A stretch of 64,000 bases of DNA from Candidatus Omnitrophota bacterium (GCA_029564765.1 JAKQPK010000023.1:87084-151083); one strand, 5' to 3'. Positions 1 to 13,800 are shown, counted from the stretch's first letter. The notes: generated by a model from the letters alone, not told the origin. Numbers and translations: made by a program.

Positions 1-692
1 TCAACAGGGTTCATCGCTACGCCGCGCACCTTGCCGCGTCGACCAAGCCATCGCGAGCGCCCTGCTTTACCGATCGAAATAGATTCATGCTCTACATTCC
101 CGATCTGACCAATGGTCGCACGACAGGTTGTCCTGATCTTGCGGACTTCGCTAGAAGGCAAACGAATATGCGCTTCCGATCCTTCTTTTGCCATGATCTG
201 CGCCGCAGTCCCGGCGGATCGAACGATCTGACCACCTTGCCCTGGCTGCAGTTCAATATTATGGATCGCCGTTCCTAAAGGAATATTAGCGATCGGCATA
301 CAGTTGCCTGGTTTGATCTCTGCGTCTGGATCAAACGTGCTGATCACCGTATCCCCAACCTTTAATTCAAGTGGAGCGATGATATAGGACCTTACTTTAT
401 CTGGATACTCGATCAGCGCAATCCGTGAGGATCGGTTTGGATCGTATTCGATCGCCAACACTTTTGCGACAGCATCAATGCGATCACGCTTGAAATCAAC
501 CAACCGGTACATACGCTTATGTCCACCGCCACGAAAACGCATTGTAATGCGGCCATAGCTATTACGCCCGCCCGAACTATGCAGAGGTGTTAATAACGAC
601 TTCTCTGGTCTTGACTTAGTGATCTCAGCAAAATCAGACAACACAGTATGGCGCAACGCATTTGTTGTGGGGCGAAATTTCTTCAGTCCCAT
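1..692 (-). CDS. rplB: 50S ribosomal protein L2, N-terminal ~230 aa; 3' end of the gene runs off the window start
   Basis: Reverse-complement of 692 downward reads [15 protein letters not shown]..., the canonical L2 N-terminus. The ATG overlaps the rplW TAA stop. Synteny with rplW/rplD/rplC supports the call. Confidence 0.9.
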   Translation of the reverse strand, partial: MGLKKFRPTTNALRHTVLSDFAEITKSRPEKSLLTPLHSSGGRNSYGRITMRFRGGGHKRMYRLVDFKRDRIDAVAKVLAIEYDPNRSSRIALIEYPDKVRSYIIAPLELKVGDTVISTFDPDAEIKPGNCMPIANIPLGTAIHNIELQPGQGGQIVRSAGTAAQIMAKEGSEAHIRLPSSEVRKIRTTCRATIGQIGNVEHESISIGKAGRSRWLGRRGKVRGVAMNPV

Positions 693-970
693 TAAGTCAC
701 CTCAATTTTGTGGCCTTCGTGGAGTGTCACAATAGCCTTTTTCCAGTCTGGCACGCGTCCTAAGATCTGTCGAACACGCTTTTTCTTCCCAGGAACAATA
801 CAGGTATGAACGCTGTGAACTTTAACCTTGTAGATCTCTTCAACCGCTTTACGGATCTCAACCTTTGTCGCCCGACGATCCACCTCAAAAAGATACTTCC
901 TGTCCTCTTCTAAGGCTGTTCCTTTTTCAGTGCGGATCAATGTTTTTACTTTATCGTAACTATTGGCCAT
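692..970 (-). CDS. rplW: 50S ribosomal protein L23
   Basis: 92-aa ORF in the S10-operon position between L4 and L2, with an L23-like sequence (KVHSVHT...GKKKR). Confidence 0.92.
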   Translation of the reverse strand: MANSYDKVKTLIRTEKGTALEEDRKYLFEVDRRATKVEIRKAVEEIYKVKVHSVHTCIVPGKKKRVRQILGRVPDWKKAIVTLHEGHKIEVT

Positions 971-1019
971 ATTAACAAGCTTTCTCTGGTATTCTCTATC
1001 GTATTGCTTTAAAAATGAA

Positions 1020-1643
1020 TTATTGGATCCGTTTTAGCAAATCCTTAAAAGCGGATTTTGTAATCAACAACTTCTTGTTCTGCAAAATATCATGAGCCGT
1101 CACATCGCAAGAGCGAACCATTCGCAAGGAGGCAATGTTGCGGGAGACGCGAAAAACCTTTTCATCAATCGATTCAACAACGGCAATGATCTTCCCAGTC
1201 AACTTTAAATTCTTTAAGATCTTTACAAAATCTTTTGTCTTATCTGAGCTTGTCTTCAACTGTTCGACACAGCACAGATCATTTTCCTTAAATTTTGAGT
1301 TCAGGCTTGCGCCCAGCGCGGCAATCTTAACCTTGCGCGGGACTTGATAAGTAAAATCTTTTGGATGAGGCCCAAAAGTTGTTCCGCCTCCATGCCACAA
1401 AGGTGATCGGGAAGACCCTGCACGCGCGCGTCCCGTTCCTTTCTGTCGCCAAGGCTTCTTGCCTCCACCTGAAACTTCAGCTCGCTCCTTCGTGGAAGCA
1501 TTCCCTTGGCGGAGATTGGCTTGATACATCATAATCGCTTGATGCAGCGCATGGACATTGACCACGCTATCAAAAATACCTTCAGGAAGCTTTAGCTCAT
1601 CAACTTTCTTCCCTTGAAGATCATAAACATCACAGACTGGCAT
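1020..1643 (-). CDS. rplD: 50S ribosomal protein L4
   Basis: 207-aa ORF between rplC and rplW with an L4-like Gly/Arg-rich loop (GTGRARAGSSRSPLWHGGG). Confidence 0.92.
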   Translation of the reverse strand: MPVCDVYDLQGKKVDELKLPEGIFDSVVNVHALHQAIMMYQANLRQGNASTKERAEVSGGGKKPWRQKGTGRARAGSSRSPLWHGGGTTFGPHPKDFTYQVPRKVKIAALGASLNSKFKENDLCCVEQLKTSSDKTKDFVKILKNLKLTGKIIAVVESIDEKVFRVSRNIASLRMVRSCDVTAHDILQNKKLLITKSAFKDLLKRIQ

Positions 1644-2353
1644 TATGCTTTACCCTTTGCTTTTTGCTTCCTTTGCTTAAGCGGATTGCGTGAAACAGCT
1701 GCCGCCGCTTTCTTTTCGTCTAATGATTTAAAGGCTTTCTTCTTTGATCTATTGATCATCAAATAAGCACGCTTATGTCCTGGAACAGCTCCCTTGACAA
1801 TCAGCAAATTCTTTTCAACGTCAACATCCATGACGCGTAGCCCTTGCACTGTAACGCGATCCATCCCCATATGCCCAGGCATTGTACGCCCTTTCCAGAC
1901 ACGAGATGGTTCCGTGGAAGAAGAAACTGACCCAATGCGACGGTGATGCATAGAGCCGTGTCCGCCAGGACCGCCTCCCCATCCCCAGCGCTTCATGCCG
2001 CCTTGGAATCCTTTTCCAATAGACGTCCCGGTAACATCCACAAAATCGCCTGGTCGGAATAGATCAGCCTTAATGAACTGTCCGACTTGACAATCTTTCA
2101 CATCTTCAGCCTCAAACTCACGAACAAGCTTTAAGGGTTTGATCCCGTTCTTTTTAAAAAATCCTAATTCAGATCTTTTCATTCTTGATTCGACACCGTC
2201 TCCAAAGCCCAGCTTTATCTTCTTTTTTGGCGTCTCTTGCAATCCAAGAACACAACATGGCCCTGCTTCGATAACCGTGACAGGAATAATATTCCCATCT
2301 TTATCAAAGATCTGTGTCATGCCTAATTTTTTTCCCAATAATCCACGAACCAT
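1643..2353 (-). CDS. rplC: 50S ribosomal protein L3
   Basis: The N-terminus MVRGLLGKKLGMTQIFDKDGN is classical L3, and the gene follows rpsJ in operon order. Confidence 0.95.
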   Translation of the reverse strand: MVRGLLGKKLGMTQIFDKDGNIIPVTVIEAGPCCVLGLQETPKKKIKLGFGDGVESRMKRSELGFFKKNGIKPLKLVREFEAEDVKDCQVGQFIKADLFRPGDFVDVTGTSIGKGFQGGMKRWGWGGGPGGHGSMHHRRIGSVSSSTEPSRVWKGRTMPGHMGMDRVTVQGLRVMDVDVEKNLLIVKGAVPGHKRAYLMINRSKKKAFKSLDEKKAAAAVSRNPLKQRKQKAKGKA

Positions 2354-2374
2354 GTTGCTGTCTTCTCCTTGCCC

Positions 2375-2677
2375 TTATTGCTTGATCTCCACATCAACGC
2401 TAGCAGGTAAATTAAGCTTGCGCAATGCTTCAACGGTTTTCGCTGTCGGGTCTAACAGATCGATCAGACGCTTATGCGTAGCGATTCCAAATTGCTCACG
2501 TGATTTCTTATCGATAAACGTAGAGCGTAATACCGTGTACAATTCCTTCTTGGTCGGCAAAGGAATAGGTCCAACGACCCGTGCTCCCGTACGCTTTGCT
2601 GTCTCGACGATCTCTTGCGTTGATTGATCAATGAGCCGATGATCGTATGCTTTGAGTTTGATTCTGATTTTTTGCAT
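2375..2677 (-). CDS. rpsJ: 30S ribosomal protein S10
   Basis: 100-aa ORF starting [19 protein letters not shown]..., matching the S10 family. It lies 8 nt downstream of tuf. Confidence 0.95.
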   Translation of the reverse strand: MQKIRIKLKAYDHRLIDQSTQEIVETAKRTGARVVGPIPLPTKKELYTVLRSTFIDKKSREQFGIATHKRLIDLLDPTAKTVEALRKLNLPASVDVEIKQ

Positions 2678-2685
2678 ATATTCTC

Positions 2686-3879
2686 TTATTTTAGGATCTC
2701 AGAAATAACACCAGCACCAACGGTCCTACCACCTTCGCGGATAGCAAAGCGAAGTTCTTTTTCCATGGCGACAGGCGTGATCAATTCGATCTCCAATTCC
2801 ACGTTGTCACCTGGCATCGCCATTTCAACACCTTTTGGCAAATTGGCTGTTCCGGTAACATCGGTTGTTCTAAAATAAAACTGAGGGCGATATCCATTGA
2901 AAAATGGGGTATGTCGTCCACCTTCTTCCTTGCTTAAGACGTAAACGCTTGCCTTAAACTTTGTATGTGGTGTGATCGATCCTGGCTTAGCGAGAACCAT
3001 ACCTCTTTCGATCGTGTTCTTATCAACACCGCGTAAAAGAAGGCCAAGGTTATCACCTGCCTGCCCTTGGTCAAGCTCTTTACGGAACATTTCAACGCCA
3101 GTCACAACCGTCTTTTGAACATCAGGACGAAGACCAACAATGTCTAATTCTTCACCAACCTTGACGATACCACGCTCAACACGGCCTGTTGCAACAGTTC
3201 CACGGCCAGATATCGAGAAGACATCTTCTACGGCCATTGAGAATGGTTTGTCTAGATCACGTTGTGGTTCTGGAATGAATTCATCAACCGCCTTCATTAG
3301 ATCCATGATCGGCTGTGTTTTAGCCGCATCATCAGAATTGGTCAACGCATCCAAAGCGCTTCCCTTAATGATCGGCGTCTTATCTCCATCGAACTTATAT
3401 TTTGTCAAAAGATCTCGAAGTTCCATTTCCACAAGATCTAAAAGTTCTTTATCTTCAACTTGGTCACACTTATTCATGAAAACAACAATACGAGGAACAT
3501 TCACTTGGCGAGCCAAAAGAATGTGCTCGCGAGTCTGAGGCATAGCACCATCTGCTGCGGAGACGACAAGAATAGCACCATCCATCTGCGCGGCACCAGT
3601 GATCATATTTTTGATATAGTCCGCGTGACCAGGGCAATCGATGTGCGCATAGTGACGCTTTTCCGTTTCATACTCAAGATGAGAAATGTTGATAGTAACG
3701 CCACGCTCTTTTTCTTCAGGAGCATTATCGATCGAATCAAAGCTTCTCGCCTCAGCAAAGCCTTTTTTCGCCAAAACAGTTGTGATAGCGGCGCTTAAGG
3801 TCGTCTTTCCATGATCAACATGACCAATCGTTCCGATGTTTAAGTGAGGTTTACTCCTGATAAATTTTCCTTTTGCCAT
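2686..3879 (-). CDS. tuf: Elongation factor Tu
   Basis: 397 aa with [18 protein letters not shown] and NKCD GTPase motifs. Located in the str operon after fusA. Confidence 0.98.
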   Translation of the reverse strand: MAKGKFIRSKPHLNIGTIGHVDHGKTTLSAAITTVLAKKGFAEARSFDSIDNAPEEKERGVTINISHLEYETEKRHYAHIDCPGHADYIKNMITGAAQMDGAILVVSAADGAMPQTREHILLARQVNVPRIVVFMNKCDQVEDKELLDLVEMELRDLLTKYKFDGDKTPIIKGSALDALTNSDDAAKTQPIMDLMKAVDEFIPEPQRDLDKPFSMAVEDVFSISGRGTVATGRVERGIVKVGEELDIVGLRPDVQKTVVTGVEMFRKELDQGQAGDNLGLLLRGVDKNTIERGMVLAKPGSITPHTKFKASVYVLSKEEGGRHTPFFNGYRPQFYFRTTDVTGTANLPKGVEMAMPGDNVELEIELITPVAMEKELRFAIREGGRTVGAGVISEILK

Positions 3880-3911
3880 GTTCGTTTCCTCCGGTTAAAA
3901 TTTTCTTTCAA

Positions 3912-5993
3912 TTATGCTTTTTTAGTCTTTCCCTGTATTTTCTCGGCTACAAAAGCAGGAACTTCCGCATAAAATGCGGGCTCCATTGAAAATGTAGCAC
4001 GTCCTTGTGATAAAGAGCGGATCGCGCCGGCGTAATTGAACATTTCGGCGAGAGGGACTTCACATCGTGTTGTCTTTAGCATGCCACGATTCCCCATTTC
4101 GGCAATCTTTGCTCTTCGTGTGTTCAGATCACCTACGATAGTGCCCATGAACTGCTCAGGGGCAACAACTTCCACATCCATGATAGGCTCTAAGAAAATG
4201 GAATGACCTTTACGCAAAGCATCATATAAAGCATTCTTTGCGGCTAATTGGAATGCCAATTCGCTAGAATCAACATCATGATAAGAACCGTCAACAAGCG
4301 TGACGATAATATCATCAACAGGATAACCACCTAAAATACCGGTCAAGGCTGCCGTTCGGATGCCTTCTTCAACAGGCTTAATAAACTCACGCGGGATCGC
4401 GCCACCCTTGATCTTATCAACAAAGACAACGCCCTTTCCTTTTTCTTCTTGAGGCTCAACGTCGATGATGACGTGACCGTATTGACCACGGCCACCAGAC
4501 TGAGAAATGTGCTTACCGGTAACACCCGTAACCTTTTGTTTGATCGTTTCTTTATAAGCAACTTGGGGACGGCCAACCTTTGTCTCAAGCCCGAATTCAC
4601 GTTTCATGCGCTCGATGATGATCTCCAAATGCAACTCACCCATACCAGAAACGATCGTCTCGCCGGTCTCCTTGTCGTAGCGGCAACGAAAAGATGGATC
4701 CTCATCCAGAAATTTCTTAAGAGTTAAGCCCATCTTGTCTTGATCTGCTTTCGTTAATGGTTCCAGAGACATCGAAACAACGGGCTCTGGGACTCTCGTG
4801 CTCTCTAGGATTATCGGCGCGCTTTCATCACACAAGGTATCACCGGATTTTGTTTCTTTCAAGCCAACCAGCGCGACGATCTCTCCCGCGCCAACTTGTG
4901 AAACGATCTCCTGCTTGTTCGCATGCATCAAAACGATCTTAGAAATTTTTTCACGGACCTGCTGAGAAGAATTATAGATTTGGGTCCCGGAAACGATCTT
5001 TCCTGAGTAAATACGAGTAAAAAATAATTTACCAACATACTGATCCATAGCGATCTTGAATGTTAAAGCAACAAGTTTTTCACTATCAGAAGCTTGACGC
5101 GTTACAACTTCTCCTGTTTTTGGAGTCGTCCCTTTAACAGGCGGAACGTCGATCGGCGATGGCAAATAATCTGCAACTGCATCTAGAACCATTTGAACAC
5201 CGCGGTTGCGAAGAGAGGCACCGCACAGGACTGGGACAAACACACCTTTTAGAACGGCGCGTCGGATCGCCTGGCGGATCTCATCCACCGTTGGTTCTTT
5301 CTCCTCTAGGAATTTTTCCATTAAGACATCATCTACTTCAGCGATCTTTTCGATCAATGTTTTGCGATATTTCGCAAGTCTTTCCTTAAGATCGGCTGGA
5401 ACTTCTTGAAGTTTAAATTTCATCCCCTGATCATCTTCATAAACGATCAATTGCTGGTTAACGATATCCACAATATCGCTAAAATTATCTTCTGATCCAA
5501 CGGGAAAGTATATCGCAGCAGCATTAGCTCCTAAACGATCGTACATTTGATCGAGAACGTTATCAAAATTTACCCCTAAGCGATCCATCTTATTGATAAA
5601 CGTAATGCGTGGAACGCTGTAGCGATCAGCCTGGCGCCAAACAGTTTCGGTTTGCGGCTGAACTCCGCTGGTAGCGCACAAAACGACAACCGCACCGTCC
5701 AGCACTTTCAACGACCGCTCAACTTCAACAGTAAAATCGACGTGACCGGGAGTATCGATAATATTCACCTTGCAATCTCGCCAAAAACACGTCGTGTTCG
5801 CTGAGGTGATCGTAATGCCGCGTTCTTGCTCTAGCTCCATCCAGTCAGTCGTCGCGTTACCCTCGTCAACAGTTCCCATCTTATGAATAACGCCCGCATA
5901 AAAAAGGATACGCTCGGTGGTGGTCGTTTTGCCAGCATCAATATGTGCAATAATACCAATATTTCTTACTTTACTTAAGGGGATGTCTGCCAT
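3912..5993 (-). CDS. fusA: Elongation factor G
   Basis: 693 aa with [17 protein letters not shown] and NKMD motifs, in the str-operon position. Confidence 0.98.
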   Translation of the reverse strand: MADIPLSKVRNIGIIAHIDAGKTTTTERILFYAGVIHKMGTVDEGNATTDWMELEQERGITITSANTTCFWRDCKVNIIDTPGHVDFTVEVERSLKVLDGAVVVLCATSGVQPQTETVWRQADRYSVPRITFINKMDRLGVNFDNVLDQMYDRLGANAAAIYFPVGSEDNFSDIVDIVNQQLIVYEDDQGMKFKLQEVPADLKERLAKYRKTLIEKIAEVDDVLMEKFLEEKEPTVDEIRQAIRRAVLKGVFVPVLCGASLRNRGVQMVLDAVADYLPSPIDVPPVKGTTPKTGEVVTRQASDSEKLVALTFKIAMDQYVGKLFFTRIYSGKIVSGTQIYNSSQQVREKISKIVLMHANKQEIVSQVGAGEIVALVGLKETKSGDTLCDESAPIILESTRVPEPVVSMSLEPLTKADQDKMGLTLKKFLDEDPSFRCRYDKETGETIVSGMGELHLEIIIERMKREFGLETKVGRPQVAYKETIKQKVTGVTGKHISQSGGRGQYGHVIIDVEPQEEKGKGVVFVDKIKGGAIPREFIKPVEEGIRTAALTGILGGYPVDDIIVTLVDGSYHDVDSSELAFQLAAKNALYDALRKGHSIFLEPIMDVEVVAPEQFMGTIVGDLNTRRAKIAEMGNRGMLKTTRCEVPLAEMFNYAGAIRSLSQGRATFSMEPAFYAEVPAFVAEKIQGKTKKA

Positions 5994-6004
5994 TTTTTAT
6001 ATTT

Positions 6005-6475
6005 CTACCATCTTAGATGAGCAAAAGCCTGGTTGGCCTCTGCCATTTTGTGGGTTTCGTCTCGTTTTTTTACTGCGGGCCCTTCATTCTTAAAAGCTGC
6101 AAATAATTCGTCCGCGAGCTTTATTTCCATGGGTTTTCCTTTTTTGGAGCGGGCGAAATCGCGAATCCATCGAAGGGAAATCGTATTACCCTTAAGAGGC
6201 AGAACCTCCATAGGGATCTGATAGGTCGAGCCACCGACACGACGTGACTTTACCATTTGTCGTGGACGAACATTATCGATCGCTTTAGCAAAAGTTTTAA
6301 CAACATCTTCTTCGCCTGTTTTCTTTTTAAGGATATCTAACGCCCCATAAACAATCCGTTCAGCCAACGTCTTCTTTCCTTCGATCATGACAATACCGAT
6401 AAAAGTGCCGATCAGTTGATCGTTATATTTTGCGTCAGAAGGTGCAGCACGCTTATTAGCTCTTCGTCTTCTCAT
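6005..6475 (-). CDS. rpsG: 30S ribosomal protein S7
   Basis: 156 aa with an S7-like sequence, located between rpsL and fusA. Confidence 0.95.
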   Translation of the reverse strand: MRRRRANKRAAPSDAKYNDQLIGTFIGIVMIEGKKTLAERIVYGALDILKKKTGEEDVVKTFAKAIDNVRPRQMVKSRRVGGSTYQIPMEVLPLKGNTISLRWIRDFARSKKGKPMEIKLADELFAAFKNEGPAVKKRDETHKMAEANQAFAHLRW

Positions 6476-6846
6476 TATTTATCTCGCTTTGATCCATACT
6501 TTGACCGTGATCGTTTACGGTCTTTAACGCCGGTCGTATCCAATGTTCCGCGAACAATATGATAGCGGACACCCGGTAAATCTTTGACGCGACCGCCGCG
6601 AACAAGGACGATCGAATGTTCCTGCAAATTATGTCCTTCGCCAGGAATATATGATGTAACTTCCATCTTGTTTGACAAGCGAACTCTGGCTATTTTTCGT
6701 AACGCCGAATTTGGCTTCTTTGGCGTCATGGTCTTCACTTGCAAACAAACGCCTCGCCGTTGCGGGCAGTTCGTGAGCGCCGGAGATTTACTCTTCTTGC
6801 TTTTGAGATTCCGGCTCTTTCGTATTAACTGAGAGATCGTCGGCAT
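6475..6846 (-). CDS. rpsL: 30S ribosomal protein S12
   Basis: [10 protein letters not shown]...[13 protein letters not shown]...[11 protein letters not shown] is canonical S12, and the ATG was verified in the nucleotide sequence. Confidence 0.97.
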   Translation of the reverse strand: MPTISQLIRKSRNLKSKKSKSPALTNCPQRRGVCLQVKTMTPKKPNSALRKIARVRLSNKMEVTSYIPGEGHNLQEHSIVLVRGGRVKDLPGVRYHIVRGTLDTTGVKDRKRSRSKYGSKRDK

Positions 6847-9800
6847 ATTTTACCATTTCTATATTTTTATATTCTTTAAAACCTGTCCCTGCGGGAATCA
6901 AATGACCTACAATAACGTTCTCTTTCAGGCCACGTAAAAAGTCCACTTTACCAGAAGTTGCTGCGTCTGTCAAGACCCTTGTCGTCTCCTGGAAACTCGC
7001 GGCAGAAATAAAACTTTCCGTCGACAAAGAAACCTTTGTAATGCCCAATAACAGCGGTGTTGCAGAGGCTGGTTTTCCTTTTTTCTTTAAGACCGCCTCA
7101 TTCGCCTTCTTGAACAGGATTTTATCCACTTGTTGTCCGACGAGAAAATCCGTATCACCAGATTCTTCGATCTTGACCTTCTTTAACATCTGCCCGATGA
7201 TCAACTCGATATGTTTATCGCTGATGCGCACACCCTGAAGACGATAAACCTCCTGAACTTCGTTAAGCAAATATTCCTGCAAAACTTTATCGCCTGAAAC
7301 GCGCAAAATATCATGAGGAACAACCGGCCCTTCGGTCAATTGTTGACCTGCAAAAACGCGATCCCCTTTGTAGACATTGGGATGTTTGCCATGCGGTAGC
7401 ACGTATTCCTTGGTCATGCCTGTTTGGCTACGGATAATGATCTTGCGCGATCCCTTACGGTCCTCACCAAACTCAACGAACCCATCGATCTCGCTGATGA
7501 TCGCCGGCTCTTTTGGACGACGAGCTTCAAAAAGTTCAGCGACGCGCGGCAAACCACCAGTAATGTCGCGTGTCTTGCCGGATGCGCGAGGGATCTTTGC
7601 AAGCAACTCACCTGCGCCAACTTGTTTTTTATCATGAACAAGAATGTGGGCTCCGACAGGAATGGAATAGATACCCAAAACTTCCATCTTCTCATCTGTA
7701 ACAATGATCTGAGGATGGAATTCTTGTTTGTGTTCGACAACAACGCGCTCAGTAACGCCCGTGATCGGATTTTGTTCGTTCTGGATAGTGACATCTTCTT
7801 TGATGTCTTCAAAGTTGATGATACCTTTAACTTCCGTAATGATCGGGATCGTATATGGATCCCAGTTGACAAAAATAACACCTTTCTTGATCGGCGCCCC
7901 ATCCACAAATTTTAAAACAGCACCTTGCACTAAAGGATAACGCTCGAACTCCCGTCCAAATTCATCATTAATGCTAACGGAACCGTTACGGTTTAAAACA
8001 ATATATTCCTTGCCTTTTTCAACAACACGAAGACCATGATACTTGATAACGCCATCATTCTTGGATCGCAAAAACGATTGTTCAACCGCACGGCTTGCTG
8101 TACCGCCGATGTGGAACGTTCTCATCGTCAACTGCGTACCCGGCTCACCAATACTTTGCGCCGCAATACAACCGACAGCTTCGCCGAGTTCGACGAGCCG
8201 TTGTGTCGCCAGGTTGCGACCGTAGCATTTAACACAAACGCCTCGCTCAGATTCACAAGTCAAAACGCTGCGAATACGCACCTTTTCAATACCCAGCTGC
8301 TCAATGATCTCAGCTTTCTCTTCCGTGATCTGCTGGCCCGCTTCAACGACAAGCTGATCCGTGATAATATCGACAATGTTATCAAGCGCCACGCGACCGA
8401 TAATGCGCTCTTTCAAACTGACAACCACTTCGTCGCCTTCGATGATCGCTGAAACCGTAATACCATTGACGGTCCCGCAATCTTCTTCCGCAACTACGAT
8501 CTCTTGCGCAACGTCTACCAATCGTCGAGTCAAGTATCCCGCATCCGCTGTCTTAAGCGCTGTATCCGCCAAACCTTTACGCGCACCGTGAGTTGAAATG
8601 AAATACTCTAGAACGGTCAATCCTTCACGGAAACTTGCGGTAATAGGATTCTCGATGATCTCGCCTGAAGGTTTCGCCATCAAGCCACGCATACCGGAAA
8701 GCTGACGGATCTGAAGGCGGGATCCTCGCGCGCCAGAGTCTGCCATGATAAACACTGGATTGAACGGGTCCATGCCCTTAAAAACAAGATCGGAGATCGC
8801 TTCAGTTGTGTGTGTCCAAACGTCAATGATCTTGTTGTAACGCTCGCGCGCAGTGATGATACCTTTGCGATACTGATCTTCAACCTTGGCAACTTCTTGT
8901 CGGGAATTCTTGACCAAAACTTGTTTTTCTTCTGGAACAGTCATATCCGCGATACTGATAGAAATACCAGCGGTTGTTGCTGATCGGAATCCTAGCGCTT
9001 TCAGGTCATCCAGAAGAATTGTCGTGGCATATTGCCCAAATCGTTTATAGCAATCAGAAATGACCGCTCCGATCTTTTTCTTATTGAGCGTTTCATTGAC
9101 AAAACCGAATCCTTTAGGCAAAAGATCGTTCAGGAAAATCTTTCCAATCGTTGTTTCTATAACCTGATTCTTTTTTTCTTCTTTCATTTCTTCGCCAAGC
9201 GCTTGTCGCTGTGACACAACAAAGGAAGGGCTCTCTTCACCCCAGACTTTGCAATCAACAAGTCTAAGCTTGATGCGGCTATGCAGGCCAACAAGCCCAT
9301 CATAATAGGCGATCTTCGCCTCCTCGGTCGTCGCAAAAAGCCTTCCTTCGCCCTTAACACCTGGCTTGTCCTTGGTCAAATAATAAAGACCTAAGACAAT
9401 ATCCTGCGTCGGAGAAAGAAGCGGTCGTCCATCTGCGGGAGAAAAAATATTATTAATTGAAAGTAGTTCAAGACGGCACTCCATCTGCGCCTCTAAAGAT
9501 AAAGGAACATGAACAGCCATCTGGTCACCGTCAAAATCAGCATTAAACGCCGCGCAAACCAAAGGATGAAGCTGAATCGCCTTGCCTTCCACTAAAATAG
9601 GCTGAAACGCTTGAATACTCAAACGGTGAAGCGTTGGAGCGCGGTTTAGCATTACAGGATGATCTTGGATCACTTCATCCAGAATGTCCCAAACCTCATT
9701 CTTTGCCCTCTCGACCATTCTCTTGGCACCTTTGATCGTGTGCACAAAACCTCGCTCGCGAAGCTTGCGGATAATGAACGGTTCAAAGAGTTCCAGCGCC

Positions 9801-10888
9801 ATACGCTTTGGTAGGCCGCATTGGTGCAATTTTAATTCGGGACCAACAACAATAACGGATCTGCCAGAATAATCCACGCGCTTACCCAAAAGATTCATGC
9901 GGAATCGGCCTTGTTTGCCTTTTAACATATCCGACAATGATTTTAATGGACGATTGCTAGATCCTAAAACGGGCCTGCCATGGCGTCCGTTGTCAAAGAG
10001 CGCGTCCACAGCTTCTTGAAGCATGCGCTTTTCATTGCGAACGATGATCTCAGGAGCGTTTAAATTAATAAGCTTCTTAAGACGATTGTTGCGATTAATA
10101 ACACGTCGATAAAGATCGTTGAGGTCGGATGTCGCGAAACGTCCACCTTCAAGCGGAACTAACGGCCTAAGATCTGGAGGAATGACCGGTAGGGATTCTA
10201 AGACCATCCAATCTACAGCATTACCAGATTTTTTAAAGTCTTCAGCGATCTTCAATGTCTTGGCGAACTTCTTAGCATTGGCGCCTAAGGGTGAGGATTT
10301 TTCAAGGTCTGCCCTGATCTCTTTACACAGTTTGTCGAGATTGACTTGTTTCAAAAGGTCTTTAATGGCTTCAGCGCCGATCTTTGCCTTAAAAGAATCC
10401 CCGTATTTTGCCAGACACTCTTGATATTTATCCTCATTCAAGAATTGCTTATGCTTCAGCTGAGTGTCGCCAGGATCAACGACCACATATTCTTCATAGT
10501 AAATGATCTTTTCAAGGTCCTTGAGGCCGATCTGTAGCAGTGCCGACAAGCGGCTGGGAACAGCCTTGTAAAACCAGATATGCGTTACAGGGCATGCAAG
10601 CTCAATATGTCCCATGCGTTCACGACGGACAGCAGAGCGGGTTACTAAAACACCACAACGGTCGCAGACGATGCCCTTGAATTTAATACCCTTATATTTA
10701 CCGCAATTGCATTCCCAGTCGCGGACAGGGCCAAAGATCTTCTCGCAGAACAAACCATCTTTTTCTGGTTTCAAGGTGCGGTAATTCAACGTCTCTGCCT
10801 TGCGGACTTCGCCATTCGACCAAGAACGAATTATATCCGGCGAAGCAAGCTTGATCGCAATATGATCGTAAACTTTTTCTTGGCTCAT
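6788..10888 (-). CDS. rpoC: DNA-directed RNA polymerase subunit beta'
   Basis: 1366 aa with a Zn-binding CxxC...CxxC N-terminus and the NADFDGD catalytic motif. The stop codon lies 59 nt inside rpsL. Confidence 0.98.
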   Translation of the reverse strand: MSQEKVYDHIAIKLASPDIIRSWSNGEVRKAETLNYRTLKPEKDGLFCEKIFGPVRDWECNCGKYKGIKFKGIVCDRCGVLVTRSAVRRERMGHIELACPVTHIWFYKAVPSRLSALLQIGLKDLEKIIYYEEYVVVDPGDTQLKHKQFLNEDKYQECLAKYGDSFKAKIGAEAIKDLLKQVNLDKLCKEIRADLEKSSPLGANAKKFAKTLKIAEDFKKSGNAVDWMVLESLPVIPPDLRPLVPLEGGRFATSDLNDLYRRVINRNNRLKKLINLNAPEIIVRNEKRMLQEAVDALFDNGRHGRPVLGSSNRPLKSLSDMLKGKQGRFRMNLLGKRVDYSGRSVIVVGPELKLHQCGLPKRMALELFEPFIIRKLRERGFVHTIKGAKRMVERAKNEVWDILDEVIQDHPVMLNRAPTLHRLSIQAFQPILVEGKAIQLHPLVCAAFNADFDGDQMAVHVPLSLEAQMECRLELLSINNIFSPADGRPLLSPTQDIVLGLYYLTKDKPGVKGEGRLFATTEEAKIAYYDGLVGLHSRIKLRLVDCKVWGEESPSFVVSQRQALGEEMKEEKKNQVIETTIGKIFLNDLLPKGFGFVNETLNKKKIGAVISDCYKRFGQYATTILLDDLKALGFRSATTAGISISIADMTVPEEKQVLVKNSRQEVAKVEDQYRKGIITARERYNKIIDVWTHTTEAISDLVFKGMDPFNPVFIMADSGARGSRLQIRQLSGMRGLMAKPSGEIIENPITASFREGLTVLEYFISTHGARKGLADTALKTADAGYLTRRLVDVAQEIVVAEEDCGTVNGITVSAIIEGDEVVVSLKERIIGRVALDNIVDIITDQLVVEAGQQITEEKAEIIEQLGIEKVRIRSVLTCESERGVCVKCYGRNLATQRLVELGEAVGCIAAQSIGEPGTQLTMRTFHIGGTASRAVEQSFLRSKNDGVIKYHGLRVVEKGKEYIVLNRNGSVSINDEFGREFERYPLVQGAVLKFVDGAPIKKGVIFVNWDPYTIPIITEVKGIINFEDIKEDVTIQNEQNPITGVTERVVVEHKQEFHPQIIVTDEKMEVLGIYSIPVGAHILVHDKKQVGAGELLAKIPRASGKTRDITGGLPRVAELFEARRPKEPAIISEIDGFVEFGEDRKGSRKIIIRSQTGMTKEYVLPHGKHPNVYKGDRVFAGQQLTEGPVVPHDILRVSGDKVLQEYLLNEVQEVYRLQGVRISDKHIELIIGQMLKKVKIEESGDTDFLVGQQVDKILFKKANEAVLKKKGKPASATPLLLGITKVSLSTESFISAASFQETTRVLTDAATSGKVDFLRGLKENVIVGHLIPAGTGFKEYKNIEMVKYADDLSVNTKEPESQKQEE

Positions 10889-10891
10889 GTT

Positions 10892-13800
10892 TTATTTTTC
10901 CTTCTTCTCTTCTTTTTTATCTTCAGATACAGGCTCAGAGCTCTGCATCCGGATATCTAAGCATAAACCCTGCAATTCTTTCATGAGAACATTGAAAGAC
11001 TCTGGGGTTCCCGGGGTCAACTTCTGCTCACCCTTAACGATCGCTTCGTAAATACGGCTACGTCCAGCGACGTCATCGCTTTTAACTGTCAGCATTTCTT
11101 GCAATGTGTAAGCGGCACCGTACGCTTCCAATGCCCAAACTTCCATTTCACCAAACCTCTGGCCGCCAAAATGCGCCTTACCACCTAATGGCTGTTGGGT
11201 TACCAGCGAATATGGACCGATCGAGCGAGCATGGATCTTTTCATCGACAAGATGAATAAGTTTCATCATATAGATATAACCAACGGTCACCTTTTGATCA
11301 AAAGGCATACCCGTATATCCATCGTGCACGGTAGTCTTTCCATTTTCTGGAAGCTGAGCTTCTTTTAACAAAGCGCAGATTTCAGACTCTTTCGCACCAT
11401 TAAAAACAGGTGTTTCACATTCAAACCCTAGAACATGAGCAGCCCATCCAAGGTGTGTCTCCAAAAGCTGTCCAACGTTCATACGCGAAGGAACACCTAA
11501 AGGATTAAGGATAATATCGACTGGTGTTCCATTAGATAAGAATGGCATATCTTCTTCCGGCAAAACGCGAGCCACAACGCCTTTGTTACCATGACGTCCT
11601 GCCATTTTATCCCCTTCAGAAACCTTTCGCTTTGTCGCAATGTAGACAATGACACGCTTGAGAACGCCCGCAGGCAACTCATCCCCGCACTTTACCTTCT
11701 CAATTTCGTGTTCTTGCTCATCAGAAAGCTCTTGGATACGGTCATTAAAATAGATCATCGCATCCCCGGCCTCTTCTGTCTCGCGAATCTGTCGCTCGGT
11801 CATTTTCTCAAAGGTTTTACGATCAACCTTGAGGATCTTCATCAATCGCTTCTCTTTTTCTTCTTTTAAAAATTCGATCTCTTGCTTGTAATAACGCTTG
11901 ATCTTATCGATCTCAATCAGCTCTTTCTTTTTATCTTCTTTCGACTTTCGGCCACGCTCACTACGCTGAAAAACTTCCACGTTAACAACAACCCCCTCTT
12001 CCCCTGGAGGAAGCGTGAGCGATGTATCACGGATGTCTGCGGCTTTTTCGCCGAAAATAGCGCGCAACAAGCGTTCTTCCGGTGTCAACTCTTTTTCGCT
12101 CTTGGGAGTTACCTTGCCAACTAAAATGTCGCCTGCTTTCACTTCGGCGCCAACACGGATGATGCCTTCTTCAGTCAGGTCGTTCAAAGCTTCTTCGCCA
12201 ACGTTAGGAATGTCACGAGTGATCTCTTCATTGCCCAAACGTGTCTCACGAGCTTCGACCTCAAAACGCTCAATATGGATGGAAGTAAAAACATCATCCT
12301 TGACCAAACGCTGATTCAGGATGATGGCGTCTTCAAAGTTATAACCTCTCCATGGCATGAACGCGACAAGAATATTGCGCCCCAGCGCCAATTTTCCACG
12401 TTCGGTGGCGACCCCATCCGCAATGACCTGGCCTGCCTGGACATAATCACCAAGCTTAACGATCGGCTTATTATGAAGACAAGTATTCGCATTAGAACGT
12501 AAGAAATTCTTTAAGGGATAAACGGTCTTGCCAATGACAATCTCGCGGGCATCAACTTTCGTGACTTTGCCGGACTCGCGCGCGATCACAACCGCGCCTG
12601 AATCACGTGCCACTGCCTCCTCCATACCGGTACCAACGTATGGAGCTTCCGTATCCATCAAAGGAACGGCTTGACGCTGCATGTTCGAGCCCATCAACGC
12701 GCGATTCGCGTCATCATGCTCTAAAAACGGGATCAAGGATGTTGCTGGCGAAACAAGCTGCTTAGGAGATACATCCATGTAGTCAACCTTGTTCGGGCTG
12801 ACATAAGGAAAATCTGCACGATAACGACATGAAATCTCTTTTTCCAGGAAGTTTCCACCTTTATCAATAGGAGTGCTCGCTTGCGCGATATACTTCGTTT
12901 GATCGATATCCGCTGTTAAATATTCGATCTTATTCGTGACACGTCCTTCTTCTACTTTGCGGTAGGGCGTTTCGATAAATCCTAATTCATTAACACGGGA
13001 ACAGTTTGTCAAGGATGCGATCAAACCAATATTCGGACCTTCAGGGGTCTCGATCGGACAAACGCGGCCATAATGCGTAGGATGAACGTCGCGGACTTCA
13101 AATCCCGCGCGCTCACGGGATAATCCGCCAGGACCTAAAGCGCTAAGACGTCGTTTGTGCGTTGTTTCCGCGAGAGGGTTTCCTTGGTCTAAGAATTGAG
13201 AGAGTTGGCTACGGGCAAAAAAATCTTGGATTTGGCTTGAGAACAAGCGTGAATTGATCAAATGGTGCGCGGTCAGATTTTCAAATGTATTCATAACGAC
13301 CAAACGTTCCTTAATGGAGCGTTCGATGCGGGCGAGGCCAATACGGACTTGGTTTTGCACGAGTTCACCAACGGTTTTGATCCGTCGATTCCCTAAGTGA
13401 TCAATGTCATCGATCTCCCCTTGCCCATCGCGAAGCTTGAAAAGATACTTGATAACTTCTGCGACCGTTGCCAGATCTAAAATACGATTATCTAGATCGA
13501 CATTCATGCCGAGTTTTCGATTGATAATATAGCGTCCCACTTTGCTCAACTCATATCGGCGAATGTCGAAGAACAATCTAAAGAACAACGCTTCCGCAAC
13601 TTCGATCGTTGCCGGTTCCGTTGGACGCATTTTACGATAAAAATCTAATAACGCATCTTCCTTTGTTTTCGTATGGTCCTTTTCTAGTGTATTCTTCAGC
13701 TTTGAAAAATCCTCGCCAAAAAGTTTCTGCATTTCTTCTTCGCTGGAAAGACCCATGATGCGCAAGATCTGTGTCGCGGGAAAACTACGACGACGATCTA

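Noticed and set aside
7424-7915. The plus-strand ORFs throughout the window, for example 7424..7915, 8036..8452, 12015..12314, 19840..20499, 37048..37515, 45420..45875, 46385..46834 and 48252..48662
   Set aside because: Every one lies antisense to a strongly conserved minus-strand gene (rpoC, rpoB, rpsA, pilB, aroA, lgt and others). None has recognisable motifs. They are the usual artefactual frames.
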